This document shows, piece by piece, positions 1 through 23,034 of a DNA stretch of 64,000 nt (within the stretch, counting starts at the first letter, position 1; each line of letters begins with the position of its first letter). The position numbers and the translations under genes are program-made. The notes beneath the pieces were generated by a model that was not told the DNA's origin, searched no databases, and saw nothing but the letters and a program-made list of their open reading frames with translations. The stretch comes from the human T2T-CHM13v2.0 reference genome, Homo sapiens, in assembly GCF_009914755.1 (NCBI RefSeq), contig NC_060925.1; one strand, given 5' to 3'.

Positions 1-1486
1 TTCTAGGCTGGGCATTAGGAGATACACCTTATATAGCCAGCCTCTTCCCTCTGACTGGTTAGGGTCTTGTGGGGAGGTAGACATGGACAGTTACAGATTG
101 CCCCAGGTCCAGTGAAATTAGGACAACCAAGTGCCACAGTAGGGAGATGCTGTTTATTTCCACCAGGGAAGGAATTTGAGTTCTGTTAACAGAATGGAGG
201 GTGGAGTGGCTGGGATGGAAGTAGGAAAGGCCTTCCATGAAGAGGGGGGAAGAAACAGCAAAGGTACAAAGCTACCAAGAGTTGGCCCAGTATAGCTAGA
301 GCCCAGGATGTGCGACAGAGAGCAAGGAGCAAGTAATTGAAAAGGAGGGTTGAGGCCAGATCCTGTAGGTCCCTAAATGCCAAACCAAAACTTTAAACTT
401 CATCATTTTGGGGATGGTATCCATTCCAGTAAAGCTTTTTGAGGATCAGCAAGGGTGCAACCTAACCTGTTTTTTAAAAAATATATATAATCAAAATTCT
501 TGTATCCTTAGGTTACAGCAAGGAAGAGAACAAAAACGGGTCCTTAAAATAAAACAGGCAGAGTGCTGCACTGCAATAAGTTAGGGGTCCTTGCTTACAG
601 GTTCTGACTATTTTAGGCCTCCTTGTTTTATTCTCTGGGCCCTTTTATGAGTTCCCTGGGAGCTCATTAAAGCCATCACTCTTAAATGACACAGTTTGGT
701 TTTAAATAACCCTTCCATTTTTTTTGCCAAAGGCTGAAATCCTTCATTAGCTATGCTGAGCACAGTCCTACTGGGACAGTCTGAAATTTACATCATGTGG
801 ACCTTGTTAGGAGCAATGAGAGATGGGCAATTTCAGCTGCAGCCAGATGTCCCTAGGGAACCATTCCCAGCCTGGAAGGCTGTCCTCACTGAATCACAAG
901 TTAAAGATGAGCCTCTGACTTCAAGAAAGGGAGGTAAATTCTAAGGCAGGAGGCAGAGCTTCCTGGGAGAAACAGAGTTACTAAGGACAATGCCACTGGG
1001 GGGCATTTCACTTTAGATTTAATTCAGATTTCCCCTCCGAGGAGCAAAAATTCCCTGTGAGTCACTGGGTAAATGCCTCTTAGGCATTTGCCAAGGTCCA
1101 GGGACCAAATAGGTATGAGAGTGGCCTCTTAGCACCTGCACTGACATTGCCCACAGGTGCCACAGGAAACAGGAAATGAAAAACATGTTAATAGCAGCAT
1201 CAGGTGGTCACTCAGTTTCCTTCCAGAACGTTCTCTTGGGAGAGCACCTGACATAAGAATTATCTAATAAAGTGAACATATTTTTAGTGAGCATTTATCC
1301 TATGCAATGTACTCTCCCAGATGCGTGGCGGGACACAGGGGTAATGTGCAGGACGTGCTCCCTGGCCTCATGGAAGGTACAGGGGAGACTTTTTATGATT
1401 TAATCCCCACCTATTTGTGAAAAAAAATCTGAGATAACTTCATTAAGTGGAACACATCATAAGATAGATGTATTAAAAATAAATAG

Positions 1487-2310
<824 letters not shown>

Positions 2311-2391
2311 GGAAAGAGAAGAGGGAGGAAGGAGGGAGGGAGGAGAGGGGGAAAGGAAGGAAGGAAAGAAGGAAGGGAAGGAAGGAAGGAA
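2311..2391 (+). repeat. (GGAA/GGGA)n purine tract
   Basis: Directly visible. Confidence 0.9.
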
Positions 2392-2525
2392 CTCAGCTAA
2401 AATAAAAGGAGCAGGAAACTGGTGATAGACACCTAAGATTAGTTAATCACACAGTTGGACACCAGCCTTGACTGTGAGCTTCCCAATAACCATGGTAAAA
2501 AAGAAATGTGTTGGGGTACGAGCTA

Positions 2526-2905
<380 letters not shown>

Positions 2906-3170
2906 TCAATTTATCTGCAGGTCATAGAGTTGATCCACTGTCTATCCATGAGGATGCTGCTGTCAGAAGCTCATAGAAGGATGTAGGCTTTGAGGATTTC
3001 CCAAAAAGAGGTCACATCCAGTGGGGGGTCACACTCAGGGGGTTCATTTTCTGTCTCCTTTGGACCAGTGGGACTTACCCACCATTGATTGGCCAAAGGT
3101 TCCAGCAGCAGACAACAACGGGAGACCTTGTGGAAAGAAAAAAGAAAAATGGTCCATGAGAATGGAATGA

Positions 3171-3546
<376 letters not shown>

Positions 3547-3648
3547 TACTTTTCTTTTTGAATCAGCTTTAATGACCTATGATAAACTGCACATATTTAA
3601 AGGTACAATTTGATAAGTTTTGACATATGTATACACCTGTGAAACCAT

Positions 3649-8613
<4,965 letters not shown>

Positions 8614-9111
8614 CCAGTGAGCCAGGAGTGCTGATTGGTCAGAGATGAAATCTTAGGGAGTCAGGCCTGTCTTCTCGTGCTCAGTCAGTTCCTGGGTGGC
8701 CACAGGATCAGATAGATCAGACGAGCCAGTTTCTTGATCTGAGTAGGGCCAGCTGATCCATCAAGTGCAAGGTCTGCAAAATATCTCAAGCACCGATCTT
8801 AGAGCAGTTTAGGGAGGGTCAGAATCTTGTAGCCTCCAGCTGCATGACTCCTAAACCATAATTTCTAATCTTGTAGCTAATGTTACTCCTACAAAGGCAA
8901 TCTAGTCCCCTGGCAAGAAGGAAGTCCGCTTTGGGAAAGGGCTGTTACCATCTTTGTTTAAACTATAAACTATAAACTAAGTTTCTCCCAAAGTTACTTC
9001 AGCCTACGCCCAGGAAGGAACAAGGGCAGCCTGGAGGTTAGAGGCAAGATGGAGTCAGTTAAGTTAGATCACTTTCACGGTCTCAGTCATAATTTTGCAA
9101 AGGCAGTTTCA
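8614..9111 (-). mobile_element. LTR8, 5' ~500 bp, inverted relative to the rest of the provirus
   Basis: Reverse complement begins TGAAACTGCCTTTGCAAAATTATGACTGAGAC and runs to GACCAATCAGCACTCCTGGCTCACTGG, matching recalled LTR8. Confidence 0.85.
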
Positions 9112-9712
9112 ATCCCTCCCTTTGGGTTTTATAACACCTTAATCTTAAGGTGTAGGCTATGAAGATGGGAAAAGGCCATCAATCGCTCTGGCTTCTTCCT
9201 GCTGACAGGGGACAGACGTAGTGGGAAAGGGAGTGAACCCCAAGGTGAAAAGAGTGGAACTGCTTTGCAACTGTCTGAGCGACTCATGCAGGTCTGGATG
9301 GGCTCTCAAGGTTTGCATGGCAAAAACATGAGTATCTCATGAGATCTATAGTTTTACTACAGTGTAACGAGTCCTAGGATGAGGAGTACAATTCCCAGTT
9401 TTAAAAGCAAAGCTTTGAAAGCATTAGTTTGGGTACTTCTAACCCACAAAGAATATAGAATTTAGTCTAAACTGCAGAAAAAACCTCAAGAACAGCTAAC
9501 AACAGTGTACTCTAGTTTTTCTTTTGAAGCATAATTTTTCTCTCTCCAGTCCCCATTTTTATTAAAAACAAATCATGATGGAACTGATTTGTTTACAAAG
9601 TAAACTTTAGTCTTACTGTACTTGGCCTGATTATTTGCATAAAGTGCAGCAAGAATAATTATTTTTCACTTAGGCTTTTTTAATTGGCTTTGATAGGACT
9701 CTGTTCCCCAAG
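9112..9712 (-). mobile_element. 3' end of the ERV1 internal region with polypurine tract, inverted
   Basis: Reverse complement ends AAAGGGAGGGAT immediately before the LTR's TGAAAC; body is MER4-int-like. Confidence 0.75.
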
Positions 9713-10255
<543 letters not shown>

Positions 10256-10338
10256 CCACCAAGTTATCCTTTAAAACTCTGCTCCCCGAATGTTCATAGA
10301 GACTGATTTGAGTAATGATTAAAACTCTGGTCTCCCAC
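10256..10338 (+). mobile_element. LTR8 continuation fragment, 3'-truncated
   Basis: ccaccaagttatcctttaaaactctgctccccgaatg...gagactgatttgagtaat follows CTCACTGG in recalled LTR8. Confidence 0.8.
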
Positions 10339-10379
10339 CAAAAAAAAAAAAAAGACTCATTTGATAAATGAGTCTCAAC

Positions 10380-10590
10380 TTCTCATTCTCTTAAACTGTC
10401 TTTCTGAAGAGCAGAAGTTCTTCATTTTTATAAAGTCCAATTTATCCTTTTTTTCTTTTACGGATCATTCTTTTGGTGTTGCGTCTAAGAAATCTTTGCC
10501 TAACCTAAGGTCACAAATATTTTTTTCCTATGTTTTCTTCCAAAAGTTTTATAGTTTTCGGTTTTACATTTAGGTCTAAGATTCATCTTC
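10380..10590 (-). mobile_element. L1M fragment
   Basis: gagcagaagttc...cttttggtgttgcgtctaagaaatctttgcctaacctaaggtcac is typical antisense L1M. Confidence 0.75.
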
Positions 10591-10595
10591 ACTTG

Positions 10596-10972
<377 letters not shown>

Positions 10973-11665
10973 TCATTTCTGCAAAGATATCAGGTACTAT
11001 TTTTGCTCCCATTTTACAGATGAGGAAACTGAGGCTTTGTGAGGTGAAGTTGCAGGGTTTAACCAACTCCTTCTTTCTCCAGAGCTATATGCTTAAGGAC
11101 AAAACTATATTAGCTTTTATTTAGTTCATGTTATTGTCCCTAAAATCAACTTGATTGATCAAGCTGAGTCCACAGATTGATTGATTGATTGATTGATCAG
11201 GTCATTTCCTTCCTTGAATTACAGTCACTCCTACTCAAATACTTAGTAAGTGACTGCCCATTTGGAGAACTTGTCTAGAAACCAGGGTTCCTGGGTTCTA
11301 ACCTGGGCTCAGATCAGTATCGCCACTGGGAAAAAAATGCAAATACGAGTTATTTCTAAAATCACCTCTAAGGGTCCTTCAATCTCGGCAGCCTAAAATC
11401 TCTGGGATTTTCCTGCGAATTTAGTCAGTCATTGCTGCAGTTGACATTTTTAGCCACAAGGAGGCACCAGGAGCACAGAATGGAGAAGGCGAAGCAAAGC
11501 GCCCTGAAGGAGGATCTGAGACCTGGGAATGGGAGGTGAAGGCGGAAGGGTGAAGGAGGTCTGGAGATTGAAGGGGAAACTGAGGCTAACTGTGGCCCAC
11601 GCCGAGTTGTATCCAGGGACCCAGTTCAGCCTCAGGCTTGCTATTTGCCAGCAGGCCCTGGGCCC

Positions 11666-12285
<620 letters not shown>

Positions 12286-13386
12286 GCTGGGATTCTATTC
12301 AAACTACCTGAAAACTAGAGAAAGGAACGCATTCTCCTCTTTGTGTACTGGGCAGACCATCTCAACATTATGAGTCTTAGTTTCTGCTGCAGCTAGAAAA
12401 AGGGAGTAATAGCTCTGCTTTATGCATAGGACTGCCCTAGGCCCAGATAAGCTAATGTGTGGGAAATTGTTGTAGGCAGGTTAGGAATTCTCCTTTTCAT
12501 TATTATTTATGTTCCTGGCTTGCAAAATGCAGGCATATTCTCAGTGTTCAGGATAGAACCTGGTGCTCAATAAATATTTGCTGAATAAATGAATGAATTA
12601 ACAAATCCAGTCCAAACTCACTCCCAATAAGTGAAGTACTTCTATAATGATTCAAAGAGAGCCACCCAGACTTTGTTTGAACACTTCCCTTGGTGGAGAG
12701 CTCACTACTTCTCAAGGAGTGTATTGTCAGCCATCTTGAATCTCTAACACTTCACCTCCTTGGCCTTGGTTCTGCCACCCAAAGCCTTTGCCTATCCTGA
12801 ACATAGAGCCTTTCTGCACACCTCAGAAACTTCCTTTGAGTTCTGCCAACCATGGGGCCACCTAACCTTGATGGAAGGAAGTAGAGAAATATTATGGTGG
12901 CTGGAAAGGGCACAAGGTCATATGAAGAGCTTTTCCTCAATATGGGAGGAAGTTGTCTATGTGGTAGGGGATGGAACCTGAAGAGCAAGCAGAGTGAAGA
13001 TGCGGGAGAGGAATGCATAAATATATGTCCCTCTATGGGACATAAGCTATAGGGAGGTGGATCTTGGCCTCAGCCCCAGCCAAACATGGTGGTCCCATCC
13101 CCCTTGCCTGGGATTGGCTTAGGAATGAGCATGGGATTCAGTTATGTCCAATGAGATGGGAAGGGAAGTCTGCTGAGGGGCTTCTCTTAAGCAGCACAGG
13201 CTGGAAGAGACAGTCCCTTTTCTGCCTCTGGTTGAGGAATCTGAATGTGTTGCAACTGCTTAAGTCATGTTGCTGCCACCAAGACCAATATATGGAGAGG
13301 GGCATAACTAAGAGAATCACAGAGAAGTAGAGCTGGAGCTTTGATCAAACTGTGCCTGAAGGTGTTCTATGCCTGATTTCCTGTGA

Positions 13387-13802
<416 letters not shown>

Positions 13803-14425
13803 AATGTGGGCTCTTTAGTGACAAGTACAGAAGCCCAATTCTGGCTCGCTTCAGCAGAACAAACAAACAGAACAGAATTGTTGGCTCAAATAACTGAAAA
13901 GTACAGAGTTGATTACATCCAGGGATCCAGAAAATTAGGACTCATCTTTCTCTCTCTGCTCCACTAGCTCCATTCTTAGGCTGTCACTCCCAGATCATAA
14001 AAAGGCCACTGGACCCACAGTCTCACAGCTTTGCAGCCCCAGAAGAAGAGGACTGTTCTTTCCCAATAGTTTCAACACAAGTCCTGGCACTTGAGTCTCA
14101 TAGGCTGCTTCAGGTCAGATGTCCACCCATGAGCTAAGCATCAAAGCCAGAGGAGGAAAAGCACCAACTGGCCAAGAATGAGTGACACCCCCATTGTTAG
14201 ATGTGTCTAGGGTAAGGCGTGACCAGATCAGTTCAATTCAACACATATCTAATTTTAATTTCTATGTGACAAGCACAATCCCAGGTACTGTTGCCCAAAG
14301 AAGGGGAAATGAATTCTGTGTCTATTCCACCAACCATAAGACAAGTCAGAAAGACAGGAGCTCTGAGAAAGTGACAACTGACATCCAGCTGAGTTATACC
14401 GAACACACACCATGTTCCCTAATGA

Positions 14426-14881
<456 letters not shown>

Positions 14882-14914
14882 TTGTTCATTGAATCTTTAG
14901 GGGAGGAAGGTGAA

Positions 14915-15773
14915 CTTCTTTCCATGCCTAAGGTAGCCATGGCTTATGGTCCCAAGAAGCATCTGAAGTGGTAGCAGCTCAAAGCAATGGATGCTGGAGA
15001 CACTGACTGGTGTGTCTGCTCCTCATCCATCCACCAGTCCCCACAAGCTGAGAGTATGTCTCCTCCTCATCATTTTTCCTAAGAAACAGAATTAAGTATG
15101 CCCTGATCAGAGATGAACTAAAGATTTGGATGCTGCGGCTCATTAAGATTGACGACAAGGTCCAAACTGATAGAACCTACCCTGCTGGATTCAAAGATGT
15201 CATCATCATTGACAAGACCAGAGAGAATGTCCGTCTGACCTGTAACATCAGGGTCACTTTGCCATTCACCGTATTACAGCTGAGGAGGCCAAGTACAAAT
15301 TGTGCAAAGTGAGAAAAATCTTGCGGCTACAAAAGGAATCCCTCATCTGGTAACCAATGATGCTGGCACCATCCGCTACCCTGGTCCCCTCATCAAGGTG
15401 AATGACATCATTCAGATTGATTTGGATACTGGCAAGAGTACCGATGTCATCAAGTTTGATACTGGTAACCTGTGGATGGTGACTGGAGGTGCGAACCTGG
15501 GAAGAATTGGTGTGATTACCAACAGAGAGAGGCACCCTGGATCTTTTGATGTGGTTCATGTGAAAGATGCCAACAGCAACAGCTTTGCCACCTGGCTTTC
15601 CAGCATTTTTGTTATTGGCAAGGGCAACAAAACCCAAGGAAAGGGTATCCAACTCACCACTGCTGAAGAGACAGACAAGAGACTGGCAGCCTAAAGCAGT
15701 GGGTGAAATGGTCTCTAGGTGATATGTTAACAAGATCTTTGTACCTAATTAAAAATAATGCAGCCTAAAAAAA
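14915..15773 (+). pseudogene. RPS4XP4: Processed pseudogene of ribosomal protein S4X (probably RPS4XP4)
   Basis: 5' TOP-like cttctttcc at 14915; ATG at 14939 ([10 protein letters not shown]); fragments [17 protein letters not shown] and [28 protein letters not shown]; frameshifts; ~15-nt deletion in the PWISLP region; no introns; ATTAAA at 15748; short A-tail. The P4 number is from recall. Confidence 0.92.
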
Positions 15774-15827
15774 TTGGGGTGTATTTGGCCAACTGGATCA
15801 ACTAATATAATGTTTTTAGCTTGCAAT

Positions 15828-15916
15828 TTGAAAATAACAAGTAGAGCTTAAATTAGCCAAGAATTTGTTATTTATTGAAAATAACAAGTAGAGCTTATAT
15901 TAGCCAAGAATTTGTT
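15828..15916 (+). repeat. Tandem duplication, 47-bp period, two copies
   Basis: ttgaaaataacaagtagagctta(a/t)attagccaagaatttgtt twice. Confidence 0.93.
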
Positions 15917-16713
15917 TGGTTACAAGTTATTAAAATTCAACTCAAAGTCAAGACTAAGAGGAGGCCAGTGAGGAGCTGAGGGTGAGAAATGTATGAAGGT
16001 GCTCACTGTCAGGTTTGTAAAGATGCCTCCTTAAATTTTGCTCCTCAAGTGCCTCATTTGACTTGCTCTGTTCCCACTTCTGATCCAACTCAAACTAACT
16101 TAAGCCAAAAAGGAAAAATTACAGGCTCAATAGTTGAACTAGAAAAGGCACAGTGATGAAGCTGGCCTCAAGCACACATGGACCCAGGGTTCAAATGCAC
16201 CCATATTTATTTACTCTTCTCTCCTGCTGTCTCCTCCTGTCTGCCTCCTCACTCTCTCTTCTGCTTTTCTCTGCCAGTTTGCTTCAGTCTCTCCTACCAC
16301 CATTAGTCTTTCTCCTTACAATTAGTTTATAGTCACATACAGCACCAGGCTAAGCTCTTCATCTTGCAAGCAGAACTAGGCGCGGGGGCAGAGGACTAGG
16401 AGAAAGACTTCCTATTTGCTATCTTGGGTCAATATGCATGCCTGGACCAATCACTGTGGTGATAATATATTTGCCCAGTGTTGGACAGAACTCACCACTG
16501 TGGTCTAGGGGCTGGAGGCTGAGACCAGAAGACAGGAGGATCTGATGGGCAGACCAAGACAGCTCTTAGTATTTCAAGTCTTAAATACTCTAGCCTTTAT
16601 TTTTATTTTCCTATTGAAACAATTATTTTTAAATCACACAGTTTGATAATCGGAGGTTTCTTTTAAAATGCAACTATATTTGTTCCAGTAGTAAAAATAA
16701 GAAAAAAAAATGC

Positions 16714-17027
16714 GGCCGGGCACGGTGGCTCACGCCTGTAATCCCAGCACTTTGGGAGGCTGAGGTGGGCAGGTCACCTGAGGTCAGGAGTTCAAGACCA
16801 GCCTTACCAACATGGAGAAACCATGTCTCTACTAACAATACAAAAATTAGCCAGGCGTGGTGGTGCGTGCCTGTAATCCCGCTACTTAGGGAGCTGAGGC
16901 AAGAGGATCACTTGAAGCTGGGAGGCGGAGGTTGCAGTGAGCCGAAATCACGCCGCTGCACTCCAGCCTGGGCAACAAAGTGAGACTCTGTCTCAAAAAA
17001 AAAAAAAAGAAAGAAAAAGAAAAAAAA
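16714..17027 (+). mobile_element. AluS
   Basis: TSD aagaaaaaaaaatgc. Confidence 0.9.
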
Positions 17028-17652
17028 ATGCAACTATTGAATTACAGAATAGATTCCACTCAGGGGCAGGAAGAGGCAATAGGGAAAGAGATAAATTAGA
17101 AAGGAGAAATTAGAGCCAGCTGATAGAGGCCCTTGAGTTCATTATTTTAATACATTTGCATTAAATGCCTATTCAGTGCCAGGAATGGTAAAGTTTGGAT
17201 TCTATTCTGTAAGCAGCAAGGATTTTGGGGGGGCAGAGGCATGTCAGAGTAAGAGAAACTGCTCTGAAAAGGCAACAAACCATGGGTGATCCTGGAAGAG
17301 AGATAACAAGCCCACCTGCTGGAGAGGTTGTCCCAGGCCCAGAAACCAGTGGGCAGCACTTGCGGAGCACAACCTCTATGCCCCGCCCACCACGGTGCCC
17401 GCTGGGGGATGGTATCTAGGATCTCGATGCCCACAGGACAGGATCTGACACCTTTCAAGTGGCCACAGGTTGGTCCCTAAGACCATTGAGCCTCCATTTT
17501 CCTCATCTGCTCACTGTTTACCAAGAACATATACATCGAGAAAACGTTGTGTCAAAAGATAACTAATATTTATCAAACACTTATTCTATGCTAAATCCTT
17601 TGCACGCATCATCTGATCAAATCTTTGTGATAAACTGTGCAGAGACAGCTAA

Positions 17653-18153
<501 letters not shown>

Positions 18154-20471
18154 TAAAGGGAAAGAGGCACATCCTTTCTTTCTTTCTGTTGACTGGAATG
18201 TAGTCAAGATAGCTGGAGCTCCAGCATCCATCTTTGACCATGAGGTAGTAGCTAGGTATTGAGGATGGCACAGCAAGAAGATAAAAGACACCTGGGTCCC
18301 CAGTGGCTGTAAAGCCACCCTGGACTTCTCATATTCATTATAGCAAAGTGAACCTTTGTCTTTTTTGAGCCACTGTTGTTTGGTTTTTTTGTTACTCCCA
18401 ACCGAAGCTAATCCTAACTGCTATTCCTAACTCCCTTGTGTTGGCTGTCCCTACTGGCTTCCCTGCTTCATTTTTCTCCAGAGCACTTATTACCAGCTAA
18501 TGTATTACATTTGAATAATTTGCATGTTTACCATTGGTCTCCTCCAATAGAATGTAAGCTCACAAGGGCAGGAATTTTGTGTGGTTTGTCCACTTTCACA
18601 TTTCCACCTTTTCCATAGTTCTCGAACACAGTAGACACTCAGTACATATGTGTTGAATTGATTAATTGAAGGATAATCAACCCTAAAGGTAAATAATCTT
18701 ACGATCTTATAGAAGAGGATGCTGAGGCTCAGAGAGGGCCGCAAATTAGAAAGGGATGGCTCCTGGAAATTCACCAAGGCAATCTGGCTGCAGAATGCAT
18801 GCTCCTCAATACTAACTCAACTGCCAACACATGCACCGAAGTCACTTAAAAGCCTTCTAGCTGAAACCATACACTGTCTTTAATGGGGAAAGCTACACTT
18901 CTTCAGGGAGGAAATGTGAGCAGAAGTCCAAGGCCAAGAAGATTCTCTGAGGGCTCAGGCTTAGTTACGAATGAATATTGGGAGTAAAAACGGGAAATCT
19001 CAAATATCCTGGATTCTAAGACACCACTGATTATAAGACACACCACCAATTTAATTAGGGATAGGAAAAGAAACACTTCATTAAATATATACATTGGTCA
19101 CGAGAAACATTCTGATTTCAGAAACATTATAATGGGGAGAATCTGTATCTTCAACTGAAGCGATGGGGTAGTCAAAGATGCCTTCGAGAAACTTGTTGAG
19201 GACTTCTTTTCTTAAATTTTCCTGGAAGGAATACAGTTTGACCAATCTTTTCTGTAAGAGAACCTAAAACAAGGCTAAATTCTTTGATTTCCACCCACCA
19301 CTCACATCTCTGCTACAGTTAATCACTCCCTTCCTTCCCGTGCACGCCTCTTTCAGTGAAGCTGCTGAGTAATGAACGTGTTTGTTATCTCTTCTGCAAT
19401 ATGGGGCTGGAGAGTGAGAATCACATCCTTAATAGTGCCCTGTTTGCTTCCAAGGCTCTAGCACAGAGCCAGATACGTAATAGGCACTTAATGAATATTT
19501 ACTAAGAGAAGGCACGAATGGATCAACGAGCAAATACATAGGAGAATGGATGAATGGTGATGCCTGCACCTGTCAGATTCTCAGTGCACAGGGGGTGTGT
19601 GTGTGTATCTGTTATCATGTGTGTTCCTGGTAGAACCCAAGCACGTCTCCAGGGATTTGAGCAGCATCAAAGAAGGCAAAAGCAGAAGAGAGACCTCCTT
19701 CCAAATAATCGGGGAAAGGCATTGATTATGTGACTTTGGAGAAGAGAGCTGCTTTCACAGTGGGAGTTGGGGAGGGGTCCAGCCTCTAACTCCACTAACC
19801 AAAAACCTCAGTGTCTCTTCAATTCTAGAAGGAAACCTGGTGCTAACCTAACCTCCCCACTGTCCAACTCACAGGCAGGAGAAAGGTGAGGCACATTTTC
19901 TCCCCAAAGTATGCAGAATGGCGGTTGCCATGAGCACTGGGATCTGCATGTTACTTGACATCCATTTTTTTAGAAGTCTGGTTGCTATGGTAACAAAATA
20001 CCATTTTCCAGACTAAAGATACATCTCTGGTTCAAATCTGAGGGCGATGACGCTCTTTCTAGACATCTCCTAGAGTGGCAGGGTGGGACCAAGCCTGTCG
20101 CCTCAGGGCTCAGTAAACACGGAGGAATTCAATGGAATTGCACTGAAGCAGCCTATGAAAAATGTCTGATGGAAGAGGAGTGCAGCTCCCATTTCAGCCT
20201 GCCCAGGTTGAGCGGCTGCCCAGCATCCTCCTCCAAACCACCCCAGGCATTGTTGACACTGCCCATCACATAGGGACCAAGTGCTTTCAAAGACCAGCAG
20301 TGTTGCTGGTTGGCACATATACCAAGGGCAGGCAGACACAGCCACAGCCAAAAAGCCAGATGTTCATTCAAAAATAGATATTTATTGAGCACCTGCTATT
20401 AGCTCTGCATAGTCCTAAGCACTGTGAATACAGATACAAATCATCCTTGAGGAGTCTACAACCTGCCCTCA

Positions 20472-20648
<177 letters not shown>

Positions 20649-20667
20649 CTATAGTTTATCAGCAGGT

Positions 20668-22065
<1,398 letters not shown>

Positions 22066-22583
22066 GATGGTGAGGAGTGCTAGTAAAGACTACAGCAGAG
22101 ATGCGCGCAGAGTGTGCTGGGGCAGGAGTGGGGAGGTGGGAGCTGGAAATGGGGTGACCGGCATGCTGCTCAGAGAAGCTGGCATTTGGGCCCAGACATG
22201 AAGGGAGTGATGAGGGAGCCCTCTGAGTGCCTGAAGAATATCCCTGGCCAAGGGAACAGCCCATATGAAGACGCCCAGGTGGGAGTACCTGGCCTGTTGG
22301 GGTTAACATCAAGGAAGCCAAAGTGGGGCAACTCTCTGAGGGGTGGACTAGAGGATGAGGTCAGAGAGGCCACAGGGGTGGCTGAGACAAGGCCTAGTTG
22401 GCCATGGGGAGCCATGAAGGATTTAGGGTAGGGGAGGGACATGATGAGACTCACTTTCTAAGGATCTAGGTTAAAGCGTTCGATTAGCACTCATTTGATA
22501 CAAGATAGGGTCTTGCAATCCTAAAAGGGCCCCTCGGCTGAGAACAGAATGTGCAGGCTCCTGGGAAGAGACATGGAGGGCAG

Positions 22584-23034
22584 TGTGGGGGATCAGTCAG
22601 AGTGGTGGGAAAAACTACAGGGAAAGGACGCAAACCTGAAAGATCAGAAGGTTCTGCAGAGCCCCGGGGAAGAATAGCTGAAGGCAGCTGTTCTATAACC
22701 CTGAAGCAGAGGGCAAGGAGTAGGAACAAGGGAGTGTGGGAGAATTCATCTTAAACAGGCTTGTTTACTTATGTTGACCAGGAACTGACCTTTGATGATC
22801 CATGCATGCAAGGTTCCCTGAAAGGGGAACAATACATCTTAATTACCTACAGGTTGTGTTTGCTCCAGGTTTTCGGCATTGTGCCTGCACTGAGTAAAAG
22901 AAAGCAGCTTCAGCCTCTTTGGGCTGCTCTCTGGCCACGAGAGCCAGGCAGTCCCCAAGCTGCTCTTACATTGCATGCCTGTATCTGAGTACTCATTTCA
23001 TCCGTCAGCTAGGGTCTGCGGGACAGATCCGGTA
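22584..23034 (+). mobile_element. Solo LTR22 (HERV-K22/HML-5) inserted into an L2
   Basis: tgtgggggatcagtcagagtggtgggaaaaac...gggtctgcgggacagatccggta; TSD gggcag/gggtag. Confidence 0.8.

Noticed and set aside
15302-15694. 130-aa RPS4-like ORF as a functional retrogene
   Set aside because: Upstream frameshifts, non-ATG start, internal deletion and premature stop.
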